Assembly: GCA_007134735.1 (NCBI GenBank)
Contig: SLKG01000006.1
Coordinates: 3,817-67,816 of the forward strand
Reading direction: 5' to 3'
DNA: 64,000 nucleotides
From: Kiritimatiellia bacterium
Lineage (GTDB): Bacteria > Verrucomicrobiota > Kiritimatiellia > SLAD01
In this document: piece by piece, positions 28,920 through 39,283 of the stretch
Position numbering within the stretch: position 1 is the first letter of the stretch
Layout: the number at the start of each line of letters is the position of its first letter
Program-made: the position numbers and the translations under genes
The notes under the pieces: model-generated
The model's input: only the letters and a program-made list of their open reading frames with translations
Databases searched by the model: none
What the model was told of the DNA's origin: nothing

Positions 28920-31220
28920 TCATCGCGCGGGAGGAGGGGGAAGCCCCAGGACCTTCAACATGAACGGCGCCTCCTCAAGGCGTTCCGTATCGAATTCAAC
29001 CTTCATGGTCGCCGGGTCCATATGCCAGTCCCAGTCGCCCGCCCGTATTCCAAACGCAACGGATTGCATCAGGATAAAGGCATTGGGCTGTGCGTTTACA
29101 TAGGTTTCATCGTGCGGGGGACCCCGCATGACATCGTTCAGATCGGGCCGTTCCGCCCCCCTGTCGCGCATGACCTTTGTCCGGTGCGGTCCCGTGGCCG
29201 CCAGACCTTTATGGCCTCGAACGGCCATCTGGACCCAGGGCCATGCCCGCCCGCGAATGGGTGTTACCTCCGCCTTCAATATATGTGTTCCGGCCGGCAA
29301 CTCGATCCCCGCGACATTCAATTGCAACGGATGAAAGCGCCTGAATAGAATGCGGTCTCCCAGGGAAACCGTCCCTCCGGCATTGATACACGCCCCGACC
29401 AGGTACCGATCCGGTTTTTCATAAAACCAGGTCAACAGTTGCGCCTGTTCCCGGGCCCGGTCTCCGTGGGCGCCCGCCAGGAACGGTTCATAGTCCGCAT
29501 CCGTAACCGGTTCCCCGAGATGGCGCTCATACTCGAGGCGCCGCAATAAGAGCACGCCCGCGTATTCCGTTTCGGGGTAACGCTCCAACCATTCGTCAAT
29601 CAGATGGATGGCGCCCCAAAAATCATAGGAGCGTTCCAACTCGAACAACTGAACCATCAGCGAATAGGATTCAAAGGGGTTGTCCGCGGCGGCACGGTCG
29701 GTTCGTTTCACGCTGTCGGGAACCCCCTGGGGTTCGGTCAGATACAAGAACGCCGCGCTGCGCAACCACCCGAAACTGACATTTTGGTCTCCCCGCTCGA
29801 AATCCATGCGGAATTCACGGTCGAAATAGTAGGAATCGAATAAATGAAACCGGTATTGCCCCACTCGAAACGGATAGCGATCCAGGATTCCGCTGACCGG
29901 CGTAAACGAAGCGCCGCGATAATACCAACCGCCGTTGAAGTAATCTTCCGCTCCCGTCCCGCTGAATTGCCATCCGTCCACCTGCAGGTATTCGTCCCCT
30001 TCCAGGATCCACCAACTCTGGTCCCGGGCGGTCACCCCCACGTAACAACCGACAAATCGCCCACGCCCTTCAAGTTCGACCAGCCGGTGCGGCCGACCGC
30101 GCATTTCCGGTCCGGTCCGGTTCCAGATTCCGTGCAGATATCCCTGGTCCGGCCGTCGCTCCGTCAGCGCTTGCGCGTCGAAATCCACAACCACATCGTG
30201 CTCCGAGTCGTTCACCAATTCCATGCGGATGGACTGCCGGAACGGCTTGGGCAACCGCCAGACAAAACCGTCATCCAGGCTGCTCAGCGCAAAGGAGGAT
30301 AATTTGCGTTTCCGCCAGCCGCCCGCAAACAGGTCCCCGAGGGGTACGCTGAAGGAGGGTTCCTCCAGGCCGTCGTAATACACCCGGACAAGGCAATCCT
30401 GTAACAGGGAATTGCGCGCCAGAGCGCCCAACTCCGGGTCGGCCGGTTCCACGTTCAACGACCAACCCGGAAGCGTGTTTTCGCCCTCCGCCGAAAACAG
30501 CAAGGCCGATTCCCCGGCCTTCAGTTCGACGCCCGGTTTCTCGAAAGACAGGGATTCATAAATATTGAGCGCATCAAGCCAGACGTCGGCCCATTCGGAG
30601 GGGATGGTGACCCGTCCCCGCGCCGCATCCCTCGGGAAGGATTCCACGGCCTCGTCGAACAAACGATAATTCACCTGGAAGTAGAACCGCCTTTGTCCCC
30701 AATGCGGGTGCACGGGCGGAGCCGGGGTTTCTATTTCGATCCGCTCATTGAAGGTGATGGGGATATAGGTCCACCAACATTGGTTGATATGGCCCGCAAA
30801 GGGATAGATAAACGGTTGGCGGTCATGGCCGAACAATTCATCCACGGCACCCTCCAACCGGGCATGGCGTTCTCCATCAATATAGATCTTTATCGGATGC
30901 CCGTAATCCATTCCCGTCGTCCAAAACCGGTCAATCACCCCCGGCCCCTCGATATCCGCCAATACCACCCAGCCGGGATTACGCTGGGAGGAACCTTCAA
31001 AATTATTGAAATCATTGTTTCCGCCCTGGGGATCGGACGTGGAACGAAACCCCCATCGTTCCTCGGGCACGGAAGCCACGGACTGGAAATCGGTCAACGC
31101 TTCTACGAAATCCATCCATGCGCGGCCTTCGGGAACGTCCGGCGCGGGACGGCATCCGGAGAATACGACGAGCGTCAAAACCAACAGAGCGTGAGTCCAA
31201 TGCGTTAAGCGTACCTTCAT
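28920..31220 (-). CDS. Large secreted lipoprotein; N-terminal region resembles the DUF2961 / GH172 family
   Basis: Lipobox LVVFSGC. WGFRSTSDPQGGNNDFNNFEGSS...GPGVIDRFW resembles conserved DUF2961 blocks (recalled, not verified). 766 aa. Confidence 0.45.
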   Translation of the reverse strand: MKVRLTHWTHALLVLTLVVFSGCRPAPDVPEGRAWMDFVEALTDFQSVASVPEERWGFRSTSDPQGGNNDFNNFEGSSQRNPGWVVLADIEGPGVIDRFWTTGMDYGHPIKIYIDGERHARLEGAVDELFGHDRQPFIYPFAGHINQCWWTYIPITFNERIEIETPAPPVHPHWGQRRFYFQVNYRLFDEAVESFPRDAARGRVTIPSEWADVWLDALNIYESLSFEKPGVELKAGESALLFSAEGENTLPGWSLNVEPADPELGALARNSLLQDCLVRVYYDGLEEPSFSVPLGDLFAGGWRKRKLSSFALSSLDDGFVWRLPKPFRQSIRMELVNDSEHDVVVDFDAQALTERRPDQGYLHGIWNRTGPEMRGRPHRLVELEGRGRFVGCYVGVTARDQSWWILEGDEYLQVDGWQFSGTGAEDYFNGGWYYRGASFTPVSGILDRYPFRVGQYRFHLFDSYYFDREFRMDFERGDQNVSFGWLRSAAFLYLTEPQGVPDSVKRTDRAAADNPFESYSLMVQLFELERSYDFWGAIHLIDEWLERYPETEYAGVLLLRRLEYERHLGEPVTDADYEPFLAGAHGDRAREQAQLLTWFYEKPDRYLVGACINAGGTVSLGDRILFRRFHPLQLNVAGIELPAGTHILKAEVTPIRGRAWPWVQMAVRGHKGLAATGPHRTKVMRDRGAERPDLNDVMRGPPHDETYVNAQPNAFILMQSVAFGIRAGDWDWHMDPATMKVEFDTERLEEAPFMLKVLGLPPPPAR

Positions 31221-31687
31221 AATCCCTCAAATGGCGCACGATTTTGATGCATGCGGTTGTGTACCCTGTTCCGTGTTGTCCATGCGCAGCAAACCGGTAG
31301 GTCAGGCATTCCTGCCTGACCGGGTCGGGCAAGAATGCCCGACCTACTTTATGAACATGGTATCCGACCAAGGCTCCTCAAGAGCCGTCTGGATGTACCA
31401 TAGACGCATGGTTCCCGGTGTCAATGCTGTCGTCATCCGCCCGTCTGATGGGTTGTCCTGGAATCCCGCGCCGGCGTGAAGAGGCTTTCAACCGCGCCCA
31501 TCCGCTGGAGAGGCCTCGACGGCGCCGATGCGGCGGGGTTCGGGACGAAGTCGAGAGGTCTCCAACCTGGCCGATGAACCGGACAGGCCCCCTTCCGACC
31601 CGACGGATTGCCTTGCATAAAGGACTATTGTTCGCCACATTCAAACTGAACGCATTTTCTTTAAATGCTGAACACACATCGGACATC

Positions 31688-32938
31688 ATGAAGCGGGACG
31701 AAGATCGCAGGGAAACCGAAGGGCCGCCCCCGGCCAAACCGCGCCTGGCCATCTGGTTCCGTTATGGAGCGGCCGAGCACGCGGAGTTGTTTCACGCCCT
31801 GCCCGATATCCTGGCGGAACTGGCCCGGCATTTTGATCTTTTCTATATCAGCCTCACCAGCCGGGAAAAACCCGATGTGCCGGAAAACGTCCTGCGCCAC
31901 GCACGCGTGCGGCAATTGCCCATCACCATCAGCCGTCACTGTCATCGCGACAAGAAAATCAAGACCCTTCTATGGATCGCCCTGACCCCCGTGTTGTCCG
32001 CCTGGTGCCGCATGCAAGGAATCCGATACGTCTACGTGGAAGAAACCATGCCGCTGGTGCTTCCTATCGGCCGACTGTTTTTTGGCAGCCGCATGACGAT
32101 TACCGTGGCCGATCTTTTTGTCGATCAATATATCGGAAGGCACCGGCTGGGCCGCTACATGAGCGCGCTCCTGTTCAAGTTCGATTGCCGGGCCTGGAGA
32201 AAAGCCGCCATGATTTTCACGCGATCCGCGAGCGCCCGGACCTATCTGAACGCGCTGGGCATTCCCAAAGAGCGCATTCATTACGCCTACGATGCCGTGG
32301 ACCACACGGTTTATCATCCGCGCAATCGTTCGGAGTGCCGTCGTATATGGCACTATGCCGACGAGGACAGGGTCATGGTGTACCATGGGGTGCTTCATCC
32401 CAACAAGGCGCTCGACCTCGTGTTGCGCGCATTGCCCCCCGTACTTCAGGACATACCTCAACTGCGATTTCTCATCATCGGAAACGGACCGGAAGAAGCA
32501 CGCCTGAAGAAAATTACCGAACGGGCGGGCTTGGGCGAGGTGGTGCGATTCGCGGGATTTGTGCCTCCGGACGGTGTGGCCACGGCACTGGGCGCCGCCG
32601 ATATCGGCCTGGTAACGCGCCGCGGCGACCTGGGCGATCAGTTGGTTGTCACGAGCGTGCTGGGGCATTGCCTGGCCTGCGGAACAGCCGTTCTGGCCAC
32701 GCGTACTTCGGGCATTGCCGAATTGATCAAAGACGGAGAGAACGGTCTTTTGTTCGAGGCACAGAACGAACAGGATTTCACACGGAAACTGCTTCGGCTC
32801 TGCCGGGATGAAGATGTGCGCAAGCGATTGGCCGAACATGGATTGCAAACCGCCGGCGAAAGGCTTTCGACCGAGGAAACGGTGAAGAATAATACCCGGC
32901 CGATCATTGAGACCTGGGGACGCACGGAAACGGCTTAG
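31688..32938 (+). CDS. Glycosyltransferase family 4 (GT-B, GT1-type)
   Basis: Start placed at MKRDEDRR (31688). C-terminal GT4 signature (GVLHPNKALD...RFLIIGNGPE...VRFAGFV...ATRTSGIAELIKDGENGLLF). Confidence 0.8.
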   Translation: MKRDEDRRETEGPPPAKPRLAIWFRYGAAEHAELFHALPDILAELARHFDLFYISLTSREKPDVPENVLRHARVRQLPITISRHCHRDKKIKTLLWIALTPVLSAWCRMQGIRYVYVEETMPLVLPIGRLFFGSRMTITVADLFVDQYIGRHRLGRYMSALLFKFDCRAWRKAAMIFTRSASARTYLNALGIPKERIHYAYDAVDHTVYHPRNRSECRRIWHYADEDRVMVYHGVLHPNKALDLVLRALPPVLQDIPQLRFLIIGNGPEEARLKKITERAGLGEVVRFAGFVPPDGVATALGAADIGLVTRRGDLGDQLVVTSVLGHCLACGTAVLATRTSGIAELIKDGENGLLFEAQNEQDFTRKLLRLCRDEDVRKRLAEHGLQTAGERLSTEETVKNNTRPIIETWGRTETA

Positions 32939-33304
32939 GAAATCCCAGCCCAAGACGGAAGGAACATCTTCTATCGGGCGATGCCCCATCGTGCCGTGTG
33001 GGTGGGTCGCGCTCGGCGAGGCCGCCGACCCTCCCGAAGATGGAGGGTCACGCTCCGCGTGACCCGGACGCGCGGAAGCGCGTCCCTCCATTATTCAAGA
33101 AACTGGCTTATCCGGCGGGAGGGACCGCGCGAGCCAGGGCGAAGCCGCAGGCGAAGACCGGGCCTCGCGGTCCTGAAGATATAGTGGAGAAAAAGAGGAG
33201 CAAGGGAGTGCATTTCCCGGAAATGTCGCACTTTTTGTCTCGTAACTGTTGAACTTGGGCTAGTCGGGCATTAAATGAACATCTCTTGCAGGGCGGCGGT
33301 TTTT

Positions 33305-34357
33305 TCAATCCGCCGTATGCGGTTCTTCGCCAAAATCTTTTCCCGGTCGGAACAGTTCCGCCCAACCCGCCAACCCATAGCTGACGTGCATGATCGGAAT
33401 CAGCAGAAAAATCAGCAGGTCCGCCACACGCCGCGTTTCGCGGACCATGACAAGCGTGATTCCAAGATCCACGAGCGCGTAGGCCGCGAGCACACCCCAT
33501 AACACGAGAGGGAAAACCGGGTGAAAGAACGAACCCACTCCGGCCACAACCAGGGTGGCGACCCACAGGGCGGGAATCAATGTCGTAGGTTCCAGCTCCA
33601 CGCCGGTGCGTACAAGACGAATGCGCGTGGACCCGTATCCGAATATCTGTCGCCAGAACCGCACCAGTGAGGTGCGGGGATAATGATACACGTAAGCCTT
33701 CGGCAGGAAAATAAGGCGATATCCTTTCTTCTGCGTACGATAGGAGGTCACCAATTCCTCGCCCGGCCAGAAATCGGGATCGAATCCGTCCACCTCTTCC
33801 AGAACCGATTTGCGAAAGGCCATGTTGCATCCGATGATCTTCGACCAGTTAATAAAGGTGTCGTCTCCCTCCCCGCGACGATAACGCCAGGCCACGTATC
33901 CGACGGCCGGAGACGAAAGCGCCAATCCGGCCAGCCGGGAGAACAGATTCACATCCGGAGGGGTGAGGCTGGGACCACTGACCAACGCAACATCCGGGCT
34001 GTCGAATCCGTCCACGATGCGCACGGGCCAATCCGGCGCCACCGTCACGTCATCATCCAGAAAGGCAATCCGTTCCGCCCGGGCCGCGCGCCATCCGGTA
34101 TTCTTCTTTTTGCTGGAATCCCCTGTTTCGTATGACACATCCAGATGCCGTATCCGGGCATGTGTTTCGCACAATGCCCGGAGCTGACGGCGCACATCCG
34201 CGTCCGCGATGCGACCGACCGCCAATACTTCAATGCGGTCAAAACCCTCGGCCGCCACAAGCGATTGAATCGTCCGGATCAGCATGGGGCGTCCGAGCGT
34301 GGGAATAACCACCGAAAGGGCGGGATGTTCCGGATGCGGTTCTATATCGGCGGTCAT
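33305..34357 (-). CDS. Glycosyltransferase family 2 with C-terminal TM helices
   Basis: LSVVIPTLGRP...FLDDDV (DXD) GT-A motifs; three C-terminal TM helices. Confidence 0.75.
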   Translation of the reverse strand: MTADIEPHPEHPALSVVIPTLGRPMLIRTIQSLVAAEGFDRIEVLAVGRIADADVRRQLRALCETHARIRHLDVSYETGDSSKKKNTGWRAARAERIAFLDDDVTVAPDWPVRIVDGFDSPDVALVSGPSLTPPDVNLFSRLAGLALSSPAVGYVAWRYRRGEGDDTFINWSKIIGCNMAFRKSVLEEVDGFDPDFWPGEELVTSYRTQKKGYRLIFLPKAYVYHYPRTSLVRFWRQIFGYGSTRIRLVRTGVELEPTTLIPALWVATLVVAGVGSFFHPVFPLVLWGVLAAYALVDLGITLVMVRETRRVADLLIFLLIPIMHVSYGLAGWAELFRPGKDFGEEPHTAD

Positions 34358-34803
34358 AATGAACGTAAATCCTGCTTATTTTCCAGACAGGCATCAAGAT
34401 ACTGACGCGATGAGAGAATCGGAATGCCTTTAAATAGTCTGATATCCAGAAGATGTCGATCCCCGTTGATTATGACATCCGGACGAACCGTTTCAGCGCA
34501 AGCAAGAACCATGTCGTCATCCGGATCATCGGCCACTATGCATTTCTCCAACATGGAGGCTTCTACAAGAAGCGCATGATGGCATATCCATTCGATAATC
34601 TCAACGGGCGTGATCGAAGATTTGGCCAGTGCACGCTTGAACTTCGGACGCTGTATCACTTGCGAAATCTCTTCCAAAATCTCGTTTATCACAAACAACC
34701 GGTCACGGTTGTCTTCAACGCGTTCGAGAATTTGTCCCGGTGGCCCATCTTTCCAAAGCAAACCGGATATCAGGCAATTGGAATCGCAAACGATCCTACT
34801 CAA
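34354..34803 (-). CDS. PIN-domain (VapC-like) toxin
   Basis: Acidic PIN residues (VCDSN, EILEEI, DDPDDD, INGDRHLL). The TTG start at 34803 is preceded by AGGGGAG. The stop overlaps the GT2 start codon (ATGA). Confidence 0.6.
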   Translation of the reverse strand: MSRIVCDSNCLISGLLWKDGPPGQILERVEDNRDRLFVINEILEEISQVIQRPKFKRALAKSSITPVEIIEWICHHALLVEASMLEKCIVADDPDDDMVLACAETVRPDVIINGDRHLLDIRLFKGIPILSSRQYLDACLENKQDLRSL

Positions 34804-35131
34804 AGGAACTCCCCTGCTTCTTCTTTTCCGCCCGAACCCTTGCAATAATTCGGGACAGATCACGGGGAGTAACATCCTTGCTCGCGCCCGACTGCTCAAA
34901 ACGATCCTGTAGATCCCTCAACGCTGGGACGGGATCCGTTTGCCTGTGGTCCTTCTCCATGACGCCATAGGATACTCGCGGTTCGCCAATGCGTCCGTAT
35001 TGCCCAACAGGCACAATTCGAAACACCGGCTTGGAACTCCTCATCACGATAAATTCCTCTCCGGCCTCCGCACGCCTGGCAATATCCGAAAGATCACTGC
35101 GGATATCCTTCATGGCAATTATCTTTTCCAT
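34796..35131 (-). CDS. Phd/YefM-family antitoxin
   Basis: N-terminus MEKIIAMKDIRSDLSDIARRAEAGEEFIVMRSSKPVFRIVPV matches the prevent-host-death fold; overlaps the PIN gene by 8 bp. Confidence 0.6.
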   Translation of the reverse strand: MEKIIAMKDIRSDLSDIARRAEAGEEFIVMRSSKPVFRIVPVGQYGRIGEPRVSYGVMEKDHRQTDPVPALRDLQDRFEQSGASKDVTPRDLSRIIARVRAEKKKQGSSFE

Positions 35132-35332
35132 ATGTTATTCCATACGCTTTTCCATGCGTATTGTCAATTCATCATCCTTTTATCGGGTTTTCCTCAAATA
35201 ACCCATCAATCACTTCCTGTCTTCCCTTTGGCTCCTTCGCGCCTTCCCTCTTCCGGGCTCATCACGCACTCCGGCGGTCGCATCCGTCTTCGTTCCGTCC
35301 CATAGCGCGGGCCGAAACTACGCCGGGACATG

Positions 35333-35530
35333 GCGCGACCGCCCTACCCTGCCCGCGATTGGTCCAGAACCGGTAGGGCGGGGCCGCCTTGTCACGGCGT
35401 AGCTTCCCAGCGAAGCCGGACGGACCCGCCGGAACATGGGTGGTGCAACACCGGATTCATCTGCCTCGGCGGTCGCAGCGCGACCGCCCTACCCTTCCCG
35501 CAATGGGTCCAAAGCCGGCGGGGCCGCCGG
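35333..35530. repeat. Two adjacent copies of a dispersed REP-like palindromic element (gcgcgaccgccctaccc...ggtagggcgg)
   Basis: Copies at roughly 35333-35389 and 35461-35530. A third copy at 50581-50656 shares at least 35 bp identically (ggcggtcgcagcgcgaccgccctaccctgcccg) plus flanking similarity. Confidence 0.6.
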
Positions 35531-35687
35531 TACATGGGTTGCAAAAGACCGGATCGACGGCCCCCCACCCCGAATTTCCTCTTTGCGCCTTTGCGTTCTC
35601 TTCTTCCGACTCATCACGAAGTCCGGGCTTCGCAAGCGAAGCCCCTACATCCATGATCCTCTTCTCGTTCTTCCCATCGCCATGGCG

Positions 35688-38174
35688 CTATTCTGCGGCG
35701 CGCCCATTTGATCGCGCACGGACAAGACCGGTCAACGCCGCCACACAGACAAGCAGACCCGCGATCTGTACCAGGAACGATCCCCGGGGCGGGGCGTACC
35801 GCAGGATGACATCGTGCTGGCCTTCCGTCAGGAAGATTCCCTGGCTGATGTAGTCCACCCGGCGCACGGGCGTCGGATAACCATCGACCGTGGCCTTCCA
35901 ATGAGGATCGTATTTCTCCGCAATCCGCAGAATGGACAGGGCCTCGCTCGATACGCTCAGGTGCATGTAGCCCGGGCGATAGGCGTGTACCCGCACCGCC
36001 CCGACGTCGCCTGAGTCGGTCGACGAAGGCAAATCGTCCGCCCATTCCGGAGCCACCATCACGCGATCGAGCGCTGGAATCTGTTGCCGGGCATGCCTGC
36101 GCAATGCTTGAATATCCTCGGCGACTTCCCAACCGCCGACAACGGCAAAGCGGGGTGTCCGCGACGTCATCCGCAAAACAATGTGCCGGCCCGGCTCTTC
36201 GCCCGTCCCAATTCGAACGACCGGGGCTCCATTCTCCTCCACTATGTTGTACGCTTTCACCAACTCAAACTTATCCCGCAATTGCGCATCGCCTTGAATC
36301 TGGCTCCATAATTCAGCCGGCCCCAACACAAACCGGACGGCGCCCAATTCCCACAGGCGAACCAGGTTCCGTCCGACCTCGTTCAAATAGACCTGGTAAT
36401 CATCGGGCATTCTCGGCATCTGCGCCACATTGATGGTCTTGATGCCGTGATACGGAAACAGGTAGGTCAACCATTGATTATAGAAACCTTCCTGGGAAAT
36501 CAGCGCGACGCGGTGATGGGGAGCCGTTTTCAGCACCTGTACGATCTCGTGACGATCGAGCATGCGGGCCGGCATGGTCTGCACATAGTGCCGTGCCAGA
36601 AACCATACGTCGAAGACCACCAGGAAGACGACGCCCCAGGCGATATACGGAAAAGCGTTACCGAGGCGTGACCGCATGAAAGACAACACATAAATCCCGG
36701 CCGCGGCGATCCCCGTCATGACGGCCGCATGCCCCAGTGCCCGGATCCGATTGCCCGCAATGGTTTCGGCCCATGCCCCCCATCCTTCCTGTGCAAAGCG
36801 ATCCGTCAACACGTCCCACGCCGCCAGGGAAGCCAGCATCCAGACCAGCAACAAGCCCGCGATCACGGCACACACCATCGCGAAGGGCTTGACGACGGCA
36901 TCGGGCACCGGCTGCCCCCGGATACTCCCCGTTCCCCTCAGCACATGATGCAATCCGTACGCCGCCATGAGACCCAGCGCCCACTGAAACACCTGCAGGA
37001 ACTTGTTTGGATTGCGAATCGAGGAAACAACGGGCAACTGGTAAAACAAGGCATACAGCGGAAAGTATTTCCCGAACGACAGAAGCAGGGCCAGCACGAG
37101 GACAACCGACCAGAAGCGGGTGTCGCCGTGAAACGCCTCGCCGGACCGCCTCCGTCGCCATGCGATCATCCCGGCGAGGAAGGCAAAGGCCACGGGAATC
37201 GATCCGATATACTGATTCTCCAATTTGAAATTGCGGAAACCCCGGCCGGTTTCCTCCCAACCCGCCGAGCGGCCCATGCGCCCCACATACGGTCCGGCCG
37301 GTTCGCCGGACCGCCAACCCGTGAAGCCGGGCGCGATGAAATCGATGCTTTCCTCGGGCGGCCAGCTCCACTGGGTCACGTACTCCCATTGTTCGGCGGG
37401 ATCATCCGCCTGAACGGCCGCCACGCCAACCACGGCCGTTTGGTACCCCGTCCAAATCGGATGGAACGCCAGCAGGAACGCCACGACCACCAGGGGCGCC
37501 AGGGTGCGCGCCAACGGGAGCCAGGACCATCCGTACCGACGCACAAAAGCGTGGATGGCATAGGGGCCCAGCGCCAATGAAAAGAACAACGCCACGTCAG
37601 CCTGCTCCAGGAACATCGCCCCCATGGCGCCGCCCGCAAGCACGGCGTACGGCAAGGCCCGTGTATGCACCGCTTTCTCCACCAACCACAGGTAGATCGC
37701 GGCCCACATAATGATGCCGAACTTGCCGATGTGGCCGGCATACACCAGCGTAAAGTTGCTGCCCACCCAGTAGACGGTCAACGCACCCAACGCGCACGGC
37801 GCCCACCCCAACCCGCGCTGACGCAGGAAGAGGATAAGAAAGAACGACCCCATCACCACATCAAACGCGTTGATCCAATTGTTAAAAAAGACCGGGGGCA
37901 ACAGAAGCAGCAACAGGTTGGTACTGCCTACATAAGCGGGCGCCGGATAACCCATCAATTCCTTGTCCTGCCATCCCCCCAGCCAGGAACCGGGCATGCG
38001 GTCTTTTCCGGCCGCGATCTGTCCGACATTGTCATCCGTCGTAAACAGGATATTCCCCGGAGGGATCACCTCGCGAAACACCAACAACGACAATAACAGG
38101 AACGCCAGTAGAACATACGCCGCCTGACGCCCGGAGCTGCCGGCAACCGTTGTCTGTATGGTGCGATCCGACAT
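35688..38174 (-). CDS. Large polytopic membrane protein (at least 12 TM), YfhO/GT-C-like; function unknown
   Basis: 828 aa; dense hydrophobic helices along most of the length, then a soluble C-terminal roughly 250 aa. Last gene of the co-directional glycosylation operon. Confidence 0.55.
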   Translation of the reverse strand: MSDRTIQTTVAGSSGRQAAYVLLAFLLLSLLVFREVIPPGNILFTTDDNVGQIAAGKDRMPGSWLGGWQDKELMGYPAPAYVGSTNLLLLLLPPVFFNNWINAFDVVMGSFFLILFLRQRGLGWAPCALGALTVYWVGSNFTLVYAGHIGKFGIIMWAAIYLWLVEKAVHTRALPYAVLAGGAMGAMFLEQADVALFFSLALGPYAIHAFVRRYGWSWLPLARTLAPLVVVAFLLAFHPIWTGYQTAVVGVAAVQADDPAEQWEYVTQWSWPPEESIDFIAPGFTGWRSGEPAGPYVGRMGRSAGWEETGRGFRNFKLENQYIGSIPVAFAFLAGMIAWRRRRSGEAFHGDTRFWSVVLVLALLLSFGKYFPLYALFYQLPVVSSIRNPNKFLQVFQWALGLMAAYGLHHVLRGTGSIRGQPVPDAVVKPFAMVCAVIAGLLLVWMLASLAAWDVLTDRFAQEGWGAWAETIAGNRIRALGHAAVMTGIAAAGIYVLSFMRSRLGNAFPYIAWGVVFLVVFDVWFLARHYVQTMPARMLDRHEIVQVLKTAPHHRVALISQEGFYNQWLTYLFPYHGIKTINVAQMPRMPDDYQVYLNEVGRNLVRLWELGAVRFVLGPAELWSQIQGDAQLRDKFELVKAYNIVEENGAPVVRIGTGEEPGRHIVLRMTSRTPRFAVVGGWEVAEDIQALRRHARQQIPALDRVMVAPEWADDLPSSTDSGDVGAVRVHAYRPGYMHLSVSSEALSILRIAEKYDPHWKATVDGYPTPVRRVDYISQGIFLTEGQHDVILRYAPPRGSFLVQIAGLLVCVAALTGLVRARSNGRAAE

Positions 38175-38256
38175 CCTTATCCGCCGCCTTTCCTGTAATG
38201 ATTTTCAAGGGGAGCATCCGGGTGACGCCCCGGTCATCTCGACCTATGATCCCCCG

Positions 38257-39282
38257 TCACAAATTACCCGTTTCAATCTGTTCGCGCACCCACGGGATGA
38301 CTTCGTCGAGAATGCCGGACAATGGGGTTTCCGCGACAAATCCGAGCACGTTACGGGCCTTCGCGCAATCCGGAACACGTTTTCGGACATCGTACTCATA
38401 CGCCGGATCCGATACGTGCCGGAACGGCTTTCCCGGATTGATTTTTTCCCAAATCATCTGTGCCAGTTCCAATACCGTCGTCGACGTTTCCGTTGATAAA
38501 TTAAAGTCCTCGTTGAGGGCCTCGGGATGCTCGATGGCCAGTCGAATGCCGCGGGCCAGATCGCCGCCGTAGGTATAATGACGAACCTGGCGGCCGTCCC
38601 CCAGAATATGCAGGGGATCCTGGCCCTTGATCACCTTTTGAACAAGATCCGGCACCACATGGCTCATGGCCAGTCGAATATTACCGGATACCACTTCCTT
38701 GTCGGTAAGCGCGCGCTGTTCGCCGATGCCCACACAATTGAAAGGCCTTACGATGGTGTACGGGAGTTCGTATTGCTGCCTCGCACCCCGCGCGAAATAT
38801 TCGGTGGCCAGTTTCTGGAATCCATATGTGCTTTTGGGGGGAGGCGACGTCAATTCCGCGCCTTCGGGTGTGGGGTATACCTCCGTGGATTCAAACACCA
38901 TGCTGGAACTCATCATCGTAATCTTCTTCAGCCGGCCCTTGCGAAAGGCGCGGATGGCGGCGTCGAACGTGGACGCCGTAATCCGTTCGTTTTCGGCCAA
39001 CAGATCGTATGCGAATTCATGAAAATAGCTGATTCCGCCGATCATGGCCGCTCCGGCCAGCAGGTGATCGCACTCCGCCAGCAATTCATCCAGCAGGGCC
39101 CCGTCCTTGGCATCGCCCTGCACGAACGTGTAGTGGGGATGATCGTCATAGGACTTCACCACGGGGCCGTATTTGGAGTAGTTATCAATGCCGATCACGC
39201 GCCATCCGTGATCAAGCAATTCCTGGGCGACATACCCCCCGATAAAACCGGCCGAGCCGGTAATAAGAATGGTCTGGTTCAT
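38257..39282 (-). CDS. NAD-dependent epimerase/dehydratase (extended SDR; UDP-sugar 4-epimerase/decarboxylase type)
   Basis: Start placed at MNQTILITGSAGFIGGYV (Rossmann GxxGxxG). The catalytic region STYGFQK fits the SDR YxxxK motif. Confidence 0.8.
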   Translation of the reverse strand: MNQTILITGSAGFIGGYVAQELLDHGWRVIGIDNYSKYGPVVKSYDDHPHYTFVQGDAKDGALLDELLAECDHLLAGAAMIGGISYFHEFAYDLLAENERITASTFDAAIRAFRKGRLKKITMMSSSMVFESTEVYPTPEGAELTSPPPKSTYGFQKLATEYFARGARQQYELPYTIVRPFNCVGIGEQRALTDKEVVSGNIRLAMSHVVPDLVQKVIKGQDPLHILGDGRQVRHYTYGGDLARGIRLAIEHPEALNEDFNLSTETSTTVLELAQMIWEKINPGKPFRHVSDPAYEYDVRKRVPDCAKARNVLGFVAETPLSGILDEVIPWVREQIETGNL

Positions 39283-39283
39283 A

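Noticed and set aside
31972-33091. 373-aa minus-strand and 279-aa plus-strand ORFs
   Set aside because: Overlap or antisense to the GT4 gene (31688-32938), which carries the GT4 signature; compositionally biased.
33285-33320. Hairpin ggcggcggttttttcaatccgccg between convergent GT4 and GT2 genes
   Set aside because: The T-run lies inside the loop rather than after the stem and the stem is short; not convincing as an intrinsic terminator on either strand.
35330-35853. Several plus-strand ORFs (108, 154, 91 aa) in the 35.1-35.7 kb intergenic region
   Set aside because: They are generated by the REP-like repeats (repeated RPPYP/AGPPV peptides in different frames) and overlap the 3' end of the YfhO-like gene.
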